Below, one piece after another: positions 55,704-64,000 of a stretch of 64,000 bases of DNA. Location: contig SBGQ01000129.1 of the NCBI GenBank assembly GCA_006226965.1, positions 23,202 through 87,201 of the forward strand, read 5' to 3'. The translations under genes and the position numbers were made by a program. Below the pieces are notes generated by a model. That model had not been told where the DNA came from and did no database searches. It saw nothing but the letters and a program-made list of their open reading frames with translations. How positions within the stretch are numbered: position 1 is the first letter of the stretch; the number at the start of each line of letters is the position of its first letter. This stretch comes from a bacterium. GTDB taxonomy: Bacteria > Bacteroidota > Rhodothermia > Balneolales > M1805.

Positions 55704-56193
55704 GTTCTTTCATTTGTTCGATATGTCTTTTGGTGTGATGGATGATGGTAAACATCCAATCCACCTTCGTCATATCTCCTAAAAATGGGTGCGGCTGAAT
55801 TTGATTATTCGGAATAAAGCTTCCGTCCTCTAATTTTGAAATTAAACGGTCACGTTGATTCAAAAAAGCCGTTTTAAAATCATCAGATTGTTTAAATAAG
55901 CCTCTGGGTTCAAGAATCTCAGGGGCTTTTACTTTTCTGGAGCGCATACCTACTAAAATTTTACCCAGTCGTTCATCTCCAAATTTCGTTTCTGAATCCA
56001 AATACTGCTCAGATTCAGTAAATAACATTTTTAGAAATACTTTGTCTGAGATAAATACGTGTTCGGCAATCTCTAATAAGCTCCAACCGGAATCCGGTTT
56101 TAGAACCTGTTTCGATTCTTCAACCGAATCTAAAGTTGAAATACATTCATTTGAATTAGCTTTTAATGCCGAAATGTAGGCTTGAATATCCAT
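55687..56193 (-). CDS. DinB-family (four-helix, metal-binding) protein
   Basis: It has spaced histidines (EHVFISD ... IIHHTKRH) in a ~170-aa helical protein. Confidence 0.65.
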   Translation of the reverse strand: MDIQAYISALKANSNECISTLDSVEESKQVLKPDSGWSLLEIAEHVFISDKVFLKMLFTESEQYLDSETKFGDERLGKILVGMRSRKVKAPEILEPRGLFKQSDDFKTAFLNQRDRLISKLEDGSFIPNNQIQPHPFLGDMTKVDWMFTIIHHTKRHIEQMKELIPSL

Positions 56194-56197
56194 AAGG

Positions 56198-59077
56198 TTA
56201 TTTTATTAGCATCATTTTTTTGATGAGTTCCTGCTCACCTGAAACTAAACGATATAAATAAACTCCGCTTGATAAATGTGATGCATCGAATTTTACAGTA
56301 TGATAACCCGCAATCTGCTGTTTATCTACTAATGTGGCAACTTTTTGCCCAAGTAAAGTAAATACTTCAAGTCGCACATTACCCGCATTTTTGACTGAAT
56401 ATTTGATTTCAGTTGTAGGATTAAACGGATTTGGAAAGTTTTGACTTAATTCAAATTGATAATCGATTCCTGCTAGATTATCAACCGATGTTGAGACCGG
56501 ATTTAACGTGAGTTTGAAACGGTTTGAACCTTTATCATCAAGAAAAACATCTGTTGCTTTTCGCTTTAACAAATTTCCGGACTTATTCCCATTAAATTGA
56601 ACCATTGAGCCATTTTCAAGCGAAAACACTTTATCTGTTAGATAATCATATAATTCAAAATGAATAGATTTTGAACCTTGCACCACTTTGGTTTCTAATA
56701 AAATTTCACCTGTAAACTCACCGGATTCTAGAATATCTATTACCGATTCATTAGTAGTTGAAAGTGGAAAAGCCAATTGGGAATACGTTTCATTTTCTTG
56801 ATTCATTGAAAAGAGTTTGTCAGCTACGCGTAATGGATATAATTTTTTGGCGTCTAAAGCATCATTAGATTCATTAGCATGGTCATCAAATACGATATAT
56901 AATTTATCCTGCTCGATTACATCTACCGACTTCTTCATTTTGAAGGTCAATTCAACCACTACCCTATTATTCGCAACAGATTTTAAGACATCACCGTTTG
57001 CAAATTTTCCGTCTGCTATTATGGAAGCAACAGGAATCGTGATACTTGTAGCTGTGTTATTTTCGAGCATCATCCCCTGCCAAGCACCGACCGAATCTCC
57101 CCAAGCCGTTGTTGTGGTGTAGGTTCCGGTTTGCGGGTTGTAAATATGCCCGACAGTTGACGTTAAACTCCCGCCATTTACCGTTATTTGTGAAAAATCA
57201 ATCGGTTCATCGAAGGGATTACCAATCAGATTAAATTTATTGCCGTTTGCATGGAGATTAACCTGAACATCTGTTGTGGGGACAGTTCCAGATGCACGTA
57301 ATGTAATCGGCAATTCGCTGGAACCGGCTAGTGCATTATCAAAGAAATAAACGATAAATCCGTTTCCGGCTAGCTGTGATTCATTCATTGAGCCCGGTTT
57401 CACCCAATCAGTACCATCGTAGGATGTATATACATTCGCAAAATGATTGTCATCAATCCCTTGAATGGCGGTGAATGCTTCTAAATTTTCGAGCGGATAG
57501 GAATCGACCGGAGCTGCCAACATTCTCCATCCGGCAGCATTTGTAATGGTTGCATATGGTACAAAAGGATCACCGTTTATTTTTGTCCCGACACTGAACC
57601 AACTGTCGCCCAATGTTTTATGATAAACAAAATTGCCTGTTATATCCGGATTACGAACTAATGAGCCACCTGTAAATAAAGTATCTGAGCTATAGTTCAC
57701 TTTATATATAGTTGCTCCGGTTAAGGCATATAAAAACAGGTTTTCTGAACTATTACTCAAACTCAAGGTATCGGTTGTGGCTGATTGAATTAGAGCACCG
57801 TTTAAATTAGCATCGACATTAAGTGTCGATCCACCAAAAATGACTAACGCTTGCTTGCTAACTAATTTTGTGCCATTGGGAAAAACATGGCGATTTTTTG
57901 TTTGATCGGCAAATGTCCACCCACTTAAATCTATTGTTTCATTACCTCTGTTCACAATTTCAACAAATTCATCACTAATTGTTCTAACAGAACCATTACC
58001 GTCAGCATCACCACCAGGTGCAATTGGATAAAAATGAATTTCATTTATCGTTAAGTAAGGAATTTCAGGGAACGTTACCGTATTAAACGCTCTTGGTATT
58101 AACTCCTGTAACTCCTCAATCAAAGTTCTGTATTTATCTTGTGATGCTCGAATGGATGTAAACTGTTCCAAGTGGAAAAATCGACCAGTGTTTGCTATCG
58201 GGCTTGTACCGCAAGGGTCGGATGAACCGTTCACATAACGACCTTGCGTATTTGTAGTTCCTGCTAAGCCACAGATAGAGCCATCACCCGGAACGGCAGC
58301 ATCAACACCATGCGCTTCAAGTGAGTCGCGTAAAGCATAAGCCGACGATTTACTGTCATCATCTCTCCCATTACTGATAAACACATCTTCACAATCGCTG
58401 TCAGCGTGTCCGTGAACATTCAAAAACCAAGCATTTGATGATAAGCCGTACAAAGAAACGTGTGCGCGCTGGAAAACGGTTGAATCATTATGAGCCATAT
58501 CAGAAATCTTAAACGGTTCAGAAGAGTTCGTTGCAGAACAAACCGTTGTAGTTCCGTCGCAGCTAGAGGCTATTGACGATGCACATCTATGTGTTCCGGC
58601 CATCACAAAAAGACGTGCGCCTAAGAAATGAAACAAATCCACACTTTCGTAAGGAGTTTTCGAATCGTGAAGCGGATGCGGAGCTGCAACCATTACATCT
58701 CGCTGGTAATTTGGATTGTACACAAAGGTACCCCAGCCTTTTGTAACCGGATTTTCACGAACCATGTAATATTCAAAATTCTCGAAAGTGGAATCCGTTA
58801 AATGAACCAACTCATAACTTGGATAATAAGTCGCCAATGAATCTTTTACTTGGTCGTAAGCTTCCACAAGTAACAAATCAAAAATGGCTTCGAAACGATC
58901 TAAATCAGTGGCGGATGGTTTAACATAACCGCCGGAATTTTCGAGCGGCATATCATTAGTAATATGATTGTGAACCCAAGCCATAAAAGAGCCGGTTTCT
59001 TGAGTAATTTGAGCAATTGCTTGATTACTAATTAATACGAACATCCCAAAGGCGAATACTTTGAATCCTCTAAACAT
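56198..59077 (-). CDS. Large secreted protein with lamin-tail domain and T9SS C-terminal sorting domain
   Basis: There is a signal peptide. The LTD motif is INEIHFYP...DEFVEIVNRGNETIDLSGWTF. The C-terminus FPNPFNPTTEIKYSV...GVYLYRLVSGEQ...KMMLIK is T9SS CTD-like. Confidence 0.7.
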   Translation of the reverse strand: MFRGFKVFAFGMFVLISNQAIAQITQETGSFMAWVHNHITNDMPLENSGGYVKPSATDLDRFEAIFDLLLVEAYDQVKDSLATYYPSYELVHLTDSTFENFEYYMVRENPVTKGWGTFVYNPNYQRDVMVAAPHPLHDSKTPYESVDLFHFLGARLFVMAGTHRCASSIASSCDGTTTVCSATNSSEPFKISDMAHNDSTVFQRAHVSLYGLSSNAWFLNVHGHADSDCEDVFISNGRDDDSKSSAYALRDSLEAHGVDAAVPGDGSICGLAGTTNTQGRYVNGSSDPCGTSPIANTGRFFHLEQFTSIRASQDKYRTLIEELQELIPRAFNTVTFPEIPYLTINEIHFYPIAPGGDADGNGSVRTISDEFVEIVNRGNETIDLSGWTFADQTKNRHVFPNGTKLVSKQALVIFGGSTLNVDANLNGALIQSATTDTLSLSNSSENLFLYALTGATIYKVNYSSDTLFTGGSLVRNPDITGNFVYHKTLGDSWFSVGTKINGDPFVPYATITNAAGWRMLAAPVDSYPLENLEAFTAIQGIDDNHFANVYTSYDGTDWVKPGSMNESQLAGNGFIVYFFDNALAGSSELPITLRASGTVPTTDVQVNLHANGNKFNLIGNPFDEPIDFSQITVNGGSLTSTVGHIYNPQTGTYTTTTAWGDSVGAWQGMMLENNTATSITIPVASIIADGKFANGDVLKSVANNRVVVELTFKMKKSVDVIEQDKLYIVFDDHANESNDALDAKKLYPLRVADKLFSMNQENETYSQLAFPLSTTNESVIDILESGEFTGEILLETKVVQGSKSIHFELYDYLTDKVFSLENGSMVQFNGNKSGNLLKRKATDVFLDDKGSNRFKLTLNPVSTSVDNLAGIDYQFELSQNFPNPFNPTTEIKYSVKNAGNVRLEVFTLLGQKVATLVDKQQIAGYHTVKFDASHLSSGVYLYRLVSGEQELIKKMMLIK

Positions 59078-59403
59078 TTGAACGGGGTACTAAGTTGAAT
59101 AATTTAAAAATGCGTAAAATGATAATAGGAAAAAAACTACGCAAAATGTGTCAAAAGCACAGTAATTTCCCTTTTAAGACATTGTTTTTTAACAGCGACC
59201 GAGTTCGTTATTCAACAAATTTAGTTTCAAGCTAGTTCAATTTTATTAAACTTATTTGTAAATCAATTTCTAGCAATGGGATAAGTAGAAATGAAGCCGC
59301 TTTTTACGTATGAATTCAAATCAAAATAAATCGTTTACAACCTAAGATTTTGCTTTTGTTGATGTAATGATTTACCATCCTTTTCTTCAATTTAATCAGC
59401 ACT

Positions 59404-60030
59404 ATGTATATACCTAAACACTACGTAGCAGAAAATCAGGAGGAACTGCTACAATTCATGAAAACCTATTCGTTTGCGACCATCGTAACGGCTTCTGAAT
59501 CGCATCCGATTGCAACACATTTACCTTTTTCGATTCACCGGAATGAGTCCGGAACCATCATTTTACGTTCTCATTTTTCGATTGCGAATCCTCAATGGAA
59601 AGACATTGAATCCCAAACTGTTTTGGTGATTTTTTCTGAACCTCATGCGTACATCTCTCCTACTCTTTACGAAAAACAGGAAAATGTACCGACCTGGAAT
59701 TATATCTCTGTTCATGCATACGGGAAAGGGAAAGTCATCAAAGACAGAAAAGAATCCATAAATATCCTAGAAAGTATGATTCACACGTATGAGAGTACGT
59801 ATTCTGAACAATGGGGCAATTTATCCGAGTCGTACATCAATCGATTGTTAAACGGAATCGTTTCTTTTGAAATTGAAATCACAAATTTGCAAGGGAAAAT
59901 GAAATTGAGTCAAAATAAAACTGATGTAGAAAAGAAAAACATTGTTGACTCTTTAAGCAAGAGTTCTGACACCAATGAAAAAACTATTGCGGATTACATG
60001 AATAAACGATATTTCGAAAATCATGATTGA
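59404..60030 (+). CDS. FMN-binding negative transcriptional regulator (PaiB family)
   Basis: The N-terminus MYIPKHY...FATIVT and the motif VPTWNYISVH...GKMKLSQNK are typical of PaiB. Confidence 0.8.
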   Translation: MYIPKHYVAENQEELLQFMKTYSFATIVTASESHPIATHLPFSIHRNESGTIILRSHFSIANPQWKDIESQTVLVIFSEPHAYISPTLYEKQENVPTWNYISVHAYGKGKVIKDRKESINILESMIHTYESTYSEQWGNLSESYINRLLNGIVSFEIEITNLQGKMKLSQNKTDVEKKNIVDSLSKSSDTNEKTIADYMNKRYFENHD

Positions 60031-60508
60031 ACCGATTATCAAAAGCATTTCAGCGAAAAACATTTTAGGAAAATCTGTATCTACAAACTTGGTAACGAAT
60101 AAAACTCCTGAATTGTGGAAGTCATGTATTCCTTTCATTTCTGGAATTCAACATCGTGCTAACTCAAATGAACTCATTTCTGCAGCAATCTATCCAAAAG
60201 ATTACTATTCAAGCTTCAGTCCAATAAACGAGTTCACAAAATGGGCCGGTGCTGAAGTTTCAAGCGTTGAAAATCAACCGAATGAGCTAGAACGCTTAGA
60301 AATTCCCGATGGCTTATATGCGGTATTTCATTACAAAGGACATCCACTAAAAGGGGCTTCTTTTTTTCAGTACATTTTTGCTGATTGGCTACCAAATTCA
60401 GGCTATATATTAGACGAAAGACCACATTTCGAAGTATTAGGCCCGAAATACAATAATCAATCCGAAGAATCCGAAGAAGACATTTACATTCCAATTAAAA
60501 AGCTATGA
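60023..60508 (+). CDS. GyrI-like small-molecule-binding domain protein
   Basis: Its size and the motif YAVFHYKG......F..I...WLP.SGY..D..P.FE... resemble AraC effector-binding/GyrI-like domains. Confidence 0.6.
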   Translation: MIEPIIKSISAKNILGKSVSTNLVTNKTPELWKSCIPFISGIQHRANSNELISAAIYPKDYYSSFSPINEFTKWAGAEVSSVENQPNELERLEIPDGLYAVFHYKGHPLKGASFFQYIFADWLPNSGYILDERPHFEVLGPKYNNQSEESEEDIYIPIKKL

Positions 60509-60858
60509 ATGAAATCGAAGTCTATATTTCCGCTTTTCCTGAAGAAGTTCAACAGCATTTAACTACAATTCGGGAAATCATTTTGAATTCCAACTCCGAA
60601 ATTTTGGAATCAATCAGCTATGGTATGCCTGCATATAAACTCAAAAAGAAACCTTTGGTTTATTTTGCAGCTTACCCGAATCATATCGGATTTTATGCAA
60701 CGCCAAACGGACACGAAGCTTTTCAAAAAGAATTTTCGGTCTACAAACAAGGTAAAGGCTCCGTGCAATTTCCTTTAGACAAACCCATTCCCTTCGATCT
60801 AATCAAGCGAGTGGTTGAATTCAGAATAGAATCCATCTTAAACGCATCAAAAAAATGA
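60505..60858 (+). CDS. DUF1801 (YdhG-like) domain protein
   Basis: It carries the pattern ISYGMPAYKLKKKPLVYFAAYPNHIGFY and GKGSVQFPLDKPIP. Confidence 0.7.
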   Translation: MNEIEVYISAFPEEVQQHLTTIREIILNSNSEILESISYGMPAYKLKKKPLVYFAAYPNHIGFYATPNGHEAFQKEFSVYKQGKGSVQFPLDKPIPFDLIKRVVEFRIESILNASKK

Positions 60859-61163
60859 GCAAATTATTCTTACATGGTAAATTAACTGCAAAGTCGGGTC
60901 AAGGCGAGGAACTGGCTGATATTTTAGTAGAAGCATCCAAATTGGTATCCGGAGCAAAAGGCTGTCGATTGTATCTTATTTCTAGAGATTCTTCTTCTCT
61001 TGACGATGTATGGGTTACAGAAGTTTGGGATTCTTCAGAAGATCACATGAATTCGTTGCAAATAGAGGCCGTTCGTGCTTTAATCGGAAGAGCAATCCCT
61101 ATTCTTGAAGGAAAACCTCAATCGGGGCAACGTTTAGAATTGCTTGGCGGACACGGACTTTAA
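60855..61163 (+). CDS. Antibiotic-biosynthesis-monooxygenase (ABM) domain protein
   Basis: It is a ~100-aa ferredoxin-like protein with the pattern GC..Y.......D...V.V.EVW.S...H.. Confidence 0.65.
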   Translation: MSKLFLHGKLTAKSGQGEELADILVEASKLVSGAKGCRLYLISRDSSSLDDVWVTEVWDSSEDHMNSLQIEAVRALIGRAIPILEGKPQSGQRLELLGGHGL

Positions 61164-61177
61164 CCTACCTCAAAAGG

Positions 61178-63013
61178 TTAATATTCGCTGGTTTGCTCGC
61201 TTAAACTTCTCTCGTAAGCAATCAAGAAATTACGCTCTGTTAAGACACCAATTACTACATTGGGAGAGCCATGCGCTAAAACCGGAATCTCGGGTAAATT
61301 CGTTTGTTTAAAAATCTTGAATGCCATTGAAATCGGGTCGTTTAAATGCAAAATATTTAAGCGAGTCATTATATCTGCAGCTACGATCAAGCCCGGTTCA
61401 CTTTGTTCATTTAAAAGTAATCTCAAATCGTTGAGCGTTATCAAACCGACTAATTCGTCACTTTTATTTTTAACCGGAAGGACCAATAATTCTGAATCGG
61501 TAAACACCTTTAGAATCGAATTGATATCATCATAAACAGATAATATCGGCATGTTTTTTATAGGTTTGAATGCGGAACGAACTTTAACTGATTCCATCGC
61601 ATCGTTTAAAAACTCACCTCTATATGACGGCGAATCCAATTTTGTATCAATCTGAACGTCGTACAAACTCCAGCTTTGCGAACCGATAAAGGAAATTGCA
61701 CTTGCAAAAATGAGCGGTACAATCAACTCATAACTTCCACTCATTTCAGTAATAATAATGGTTGCCGCAATCGGTACTTTTTCAACTGATGCAAAAAAAG
61801 CTGCCATTCCTACCAAGATAAAACCTTTGGGGTCAGAAATTAGCCCGGGAAACCATTGCTCAATTCCCAAACCAAAAGCACCGCCCAACAAACCGCCAAT
61901 TACCATTGTTGGTGCAAATACCCCGCCTGATGCACCCGATTTCACGGTTAGACTGGTTGTCAAAATTTTAAGGAATGCCAACGCCAACATGAACCAAACC
62001 GGAAGATTTCCATGCAAACCTTCTTGTAAATAACCGTAACTGGACTCTAAAATCGGCGGAAACTGAGTTGCAATTAAACCCACCATCAAACCACCAATAA
62101 CCGGTTTATAGTAATCGTTTATCATCATTTTCTCGAAAAACGAGTTCTTGATGAACTTAAAAGAGCGTGTATAAACAATTGCTGTGAGTGTGAGCAAAAT
62201 ACTCAGCAAAATGTATAAGGGGAATTCGGTCGGTTCTTCAAAACGAACAGCTTCAAAACGGAAAACCGTTTTCCAACCCGACATAGATGAAAAAATAGAA
62301 TATGCAATAATTGATGCAATAATGGAAGGCATCAACCCTTCGCTCTCGATATCTTTTTTGTACAAAACCTCTGCAGAGTAAATGGCACCACCGATTGGCG
62401 ATTGGAATATGGCTCCGATTCCCGCACCCATGCCCGCTATCAAAACTATCTTTCTTTCTTTTTCTGATAGATTCAATTTTGATGCTAAAAACGATGCAAT
62501 TCCGCCACTAATTTGTGCAATCGGGCCTTCACGTCCGGCACTACCGCCTGTTCCAACAGTTAAAACGGAAGCAATAAATTTAACGAACGGAACACGCGCA
62601 CGAATATATCCTTTATTAAAATGAAACGATTTTACTACAGAATCCACCCCGCCTCCGGCTGCTTCCGGTGCAAAACGTTTCGTTAAAAATCCAGCCAATC
62701 CTGCTCCGATTGCCGGAAGAAATATAATCCACCATACATTTTTAACATGAAGTGCCTCACTTAAATCAAACGGTATAATTTGGTCTGATTCACCGGCAGG
62801 AATAGGAAAGTTATATCCGGCTAAATCTTTGAGTGAAAAATGGAGAAGTGTATCTAAGGCAAAGGCAAAGGCAAGTGCAGAAAAACCCGCAATCATGCCC
62901 ACTAAAATGCAGATGAATAACCATTTACCCGTTAAAACTACATTCACTTGATTGCCAAGTTGTAGCACTTTTCGGTTGACGTACGAGCTGCGGAATTTCC
63001 CCATGGTTTTCAA
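61178..63013 (-). CDS. ClC-family chloride channel/transporter with C-terminal CBS pair
   Basis: It has the selectivity-filter motifs GSAGREGP and GGVFAP, multiple TM helices, and two CBS-like segments at the C-terminus. Confidence 0.9.
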   Translation of the reverse strand: MKTMGKFRSSYVNRKVLQLGNQVNVVLTGKWLFICILVGMIAGFSALAFAFALDTLLHFSLKDLAGYNFPIPAGESDQIIPFDLSEALHVKNVWWIIFLPAIGAGLAGFLTKRFAPEAAGGGVDSVVKSFHFNKGYIRARVPFVKFIASVLTVGTGGSAGREGPIAQISGGIASFLASKLNLSEKERKIVLIAGMGAGIGAIFQSPIGGAIYSAEVLYKKDIESEGLMPSIIASIIAYSIFSSMSGWKTVFRFEAVRFEEPTEFPLYILLSILLTLTAIVYTRSFKFIKNSFFEKMMINDYYKPVIGGLMVGLIATQFPPILESSYGYLQEGLHGNLPVWFMLALAFLKILTTSLTVKSGASGGVFAPTMVIGGLLGGAFGLGIEQWFPGLISDPKGFILVGMAAFFASVEKVPIAATIIITEMSGSYELIVPLIFASAISFIGSQSWSLYDVQIDTKLDSPSYRGEFLNDAMESVKVRSAFKPIKNMPILSVYDDINSILKVFTDSELLVLPVKNKSDELVGLITLNDLRLLLNEQSEPGLIVAADIMTRLNILHLNDPISMAFKIFKQTNLPEIPVLAHGSPNVVIGVLTERNFLIAYERSLSEQTSEY

Positions 63014-63038
63014 AGTTACAAAAAAATGTACTCAGCAA

Positions 63039-63821
63039 TTACCAGTTAATCACTAATTCAAAAGATAAGGTGTTTACCCACGGATCGATGTCAATAATCG
63101 GTTCTGCATCGTAAAAAAGGTTGGAAGCGATTGCCAATTGAACCGTATTTGTGAGATTCCAACTCAGGTTTCCGTCCCAAATAATTCGCGGAGCTTCCGG
63201 TCTGTCCGGCACAAACTGATAATAACCCGTTCCCCTTAACGTAAACCGTTCGCTTAGTAGAAATGCAAGTAACAAACTAGACGTCGATTTAATCAAATTT
63301 CGAGTTTGTTTTTGAGTTTTAAACCACCATTCGTATTCGTGCATAAAACCACTGGCAAAATCCACAGAAACATGTTTGTTTTGGATGATATCAAAGCGTA
63401 AATCAAAACCTTGAACATCACGGCGTTTTAGTCCGCGCACAGCATCGAATTGTTCCTGAAAAAACAACTCATAGCTTACTTTCTTTTTTACATTGAACGT
63501 AGAACGCAAATGCACATAACCGTTCGAAATCACATTATCCCCTTCAACAATTACCCATTTCAGCTCTGATAACAATAGAAATTGATGTGCTCCCGGTCTG
63601 TATGCCGTAAATGAACGCTCTTTAAATTCATACACGGTGTTTTCAATTTGTGTGATATCACCTTTAAAACCAATTTGGTTTATCCATTTTGTGGAATCAG
63701 TTAATCTGGATTGAAATTTTTCAACGTTAAGAATTTGAGCGGAAGCAATCTGAGTACTTAAAATGGCTGATAAAACCAGACTTTTTAGGAATGATTTTTT
63801 GACTGGAATAATTGAATTCAA
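63039..63821 (-). CDS. Putative outer-membrane beta-barrel protein (DUF481-like)
   Basis: A signal-like segment (KKSFLKSLVLSAILSTQIASAQ) is followed by alternating beta patterns, and the protein ends in an aromatic residue (VINW). The ORF-track start (63959) adds an implausible 46-aa leader, so I propose the TTG at 63821. Both the start and the family assignment are uncertain. Confidence 0.35.
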   Translation of the reverse strand: MNSIIPVKKSFLKSLVLSAILSTQIASAQILNVEKFQSRLTDSTKWINQIGFKGDITQIENTVYEFKERSFTAYRPGAHQFLLLSELKWVIVEGDNVISNGYVHLRSTFNVKKKVSYELFFQEQFDAVRGLKRRDVQGFDLRFDIIQNKHVSVDFASGFMHEYEWWFKTQKQTRNLIKSTSSLLLAFLLSERFTLRGTGYYQFVPDRPEAPRIIWDGNLSWNLTNTVQLAIASNLFYDAEPIIDIDPWVNTLSFELVINW

Positions 63822-64000
63822 TGTAGTACTAGTTTTCAGGTTGAAGGCGCATAAAACTAGCCATTCTTCACCCGAAAAAACACCGTTTTTTGTGAATCTT
63901 ATCAGATAGATTAGCCTCTGATGTCTAAAATGTTGCTTTTCACTTTCTGAGGGTTTCACTTATTTGTGTTTTATTTAAAGATTTTCCGCCTCTTATCCTT

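Overview
This is an AT-rich 64-kb chromosomal window, and almost all of it is coding. The gene content points to a member of the Bacteroidota/FCB group. Supporting features are two proteins with T9SS-type C-terminal sorting domains, a Bacteroides-style hybrid two-component regulator with an AraC output, and DUF5683 next to parAB. A flagellin gene with a sigma-28-type -10 box suggests a flagellated lineage such as Balneolota or Rhodothermota; that assignment is inference only.

Most of the window is housekeeping. It includes the atpD 5' end, parA-parB, two ECF sigma factors, ppx, the hrcA-grpE-dnaJ operon, polA, msrB, a ClC channel and Cys/Met PLP enzymes.

The stand-out region is about 25-48 kb. 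A minus-strand operon (29479-44019) encodes four secreted proteins that all carry DUF11-type Ig-like domains:
- a 167-aa single-domain protein;
- an 882-aa Thr/Asn/Gly-rich repeat protein in which I saw no cysteine;
- a 2407-aa protein with N-terminal Ig-like passenger modules, then an ~800-aa predicted outer-membrane barrel, then three C-terminal OmpA-like domains;
- a 1334-aa protein with five tandem 89-aa thrombospondin-type-3 calcium-binding repeats.

Upstream and divergent lies a hybrid two-component regulator whose kinase core looks dead: Phe replaces the phospho-acceptor His and no ATP-lid motifs are visible. Downstream lies a 930-aa giant flagellin with five ~125-aa internal modules. 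Its stop codon overlaps the start codon of a LuxE/PaaK-like adenylating enzyme (TAATG).

I interpret the operon as a candidate undescribed surface-fibre or S-layer-like assembly system with a dedicated outer-membrane component. A second curiosity is an Avd/23S-IVS-type four-helix-bundle gene between the HD-domain gene and polA, bracketed by inverted arrays of a stop-codon-rich octamer.

I recognised no rRNA, tRNA or CRISPR array. All calls come from reading the translations and the DNA by eye; no searches were run.
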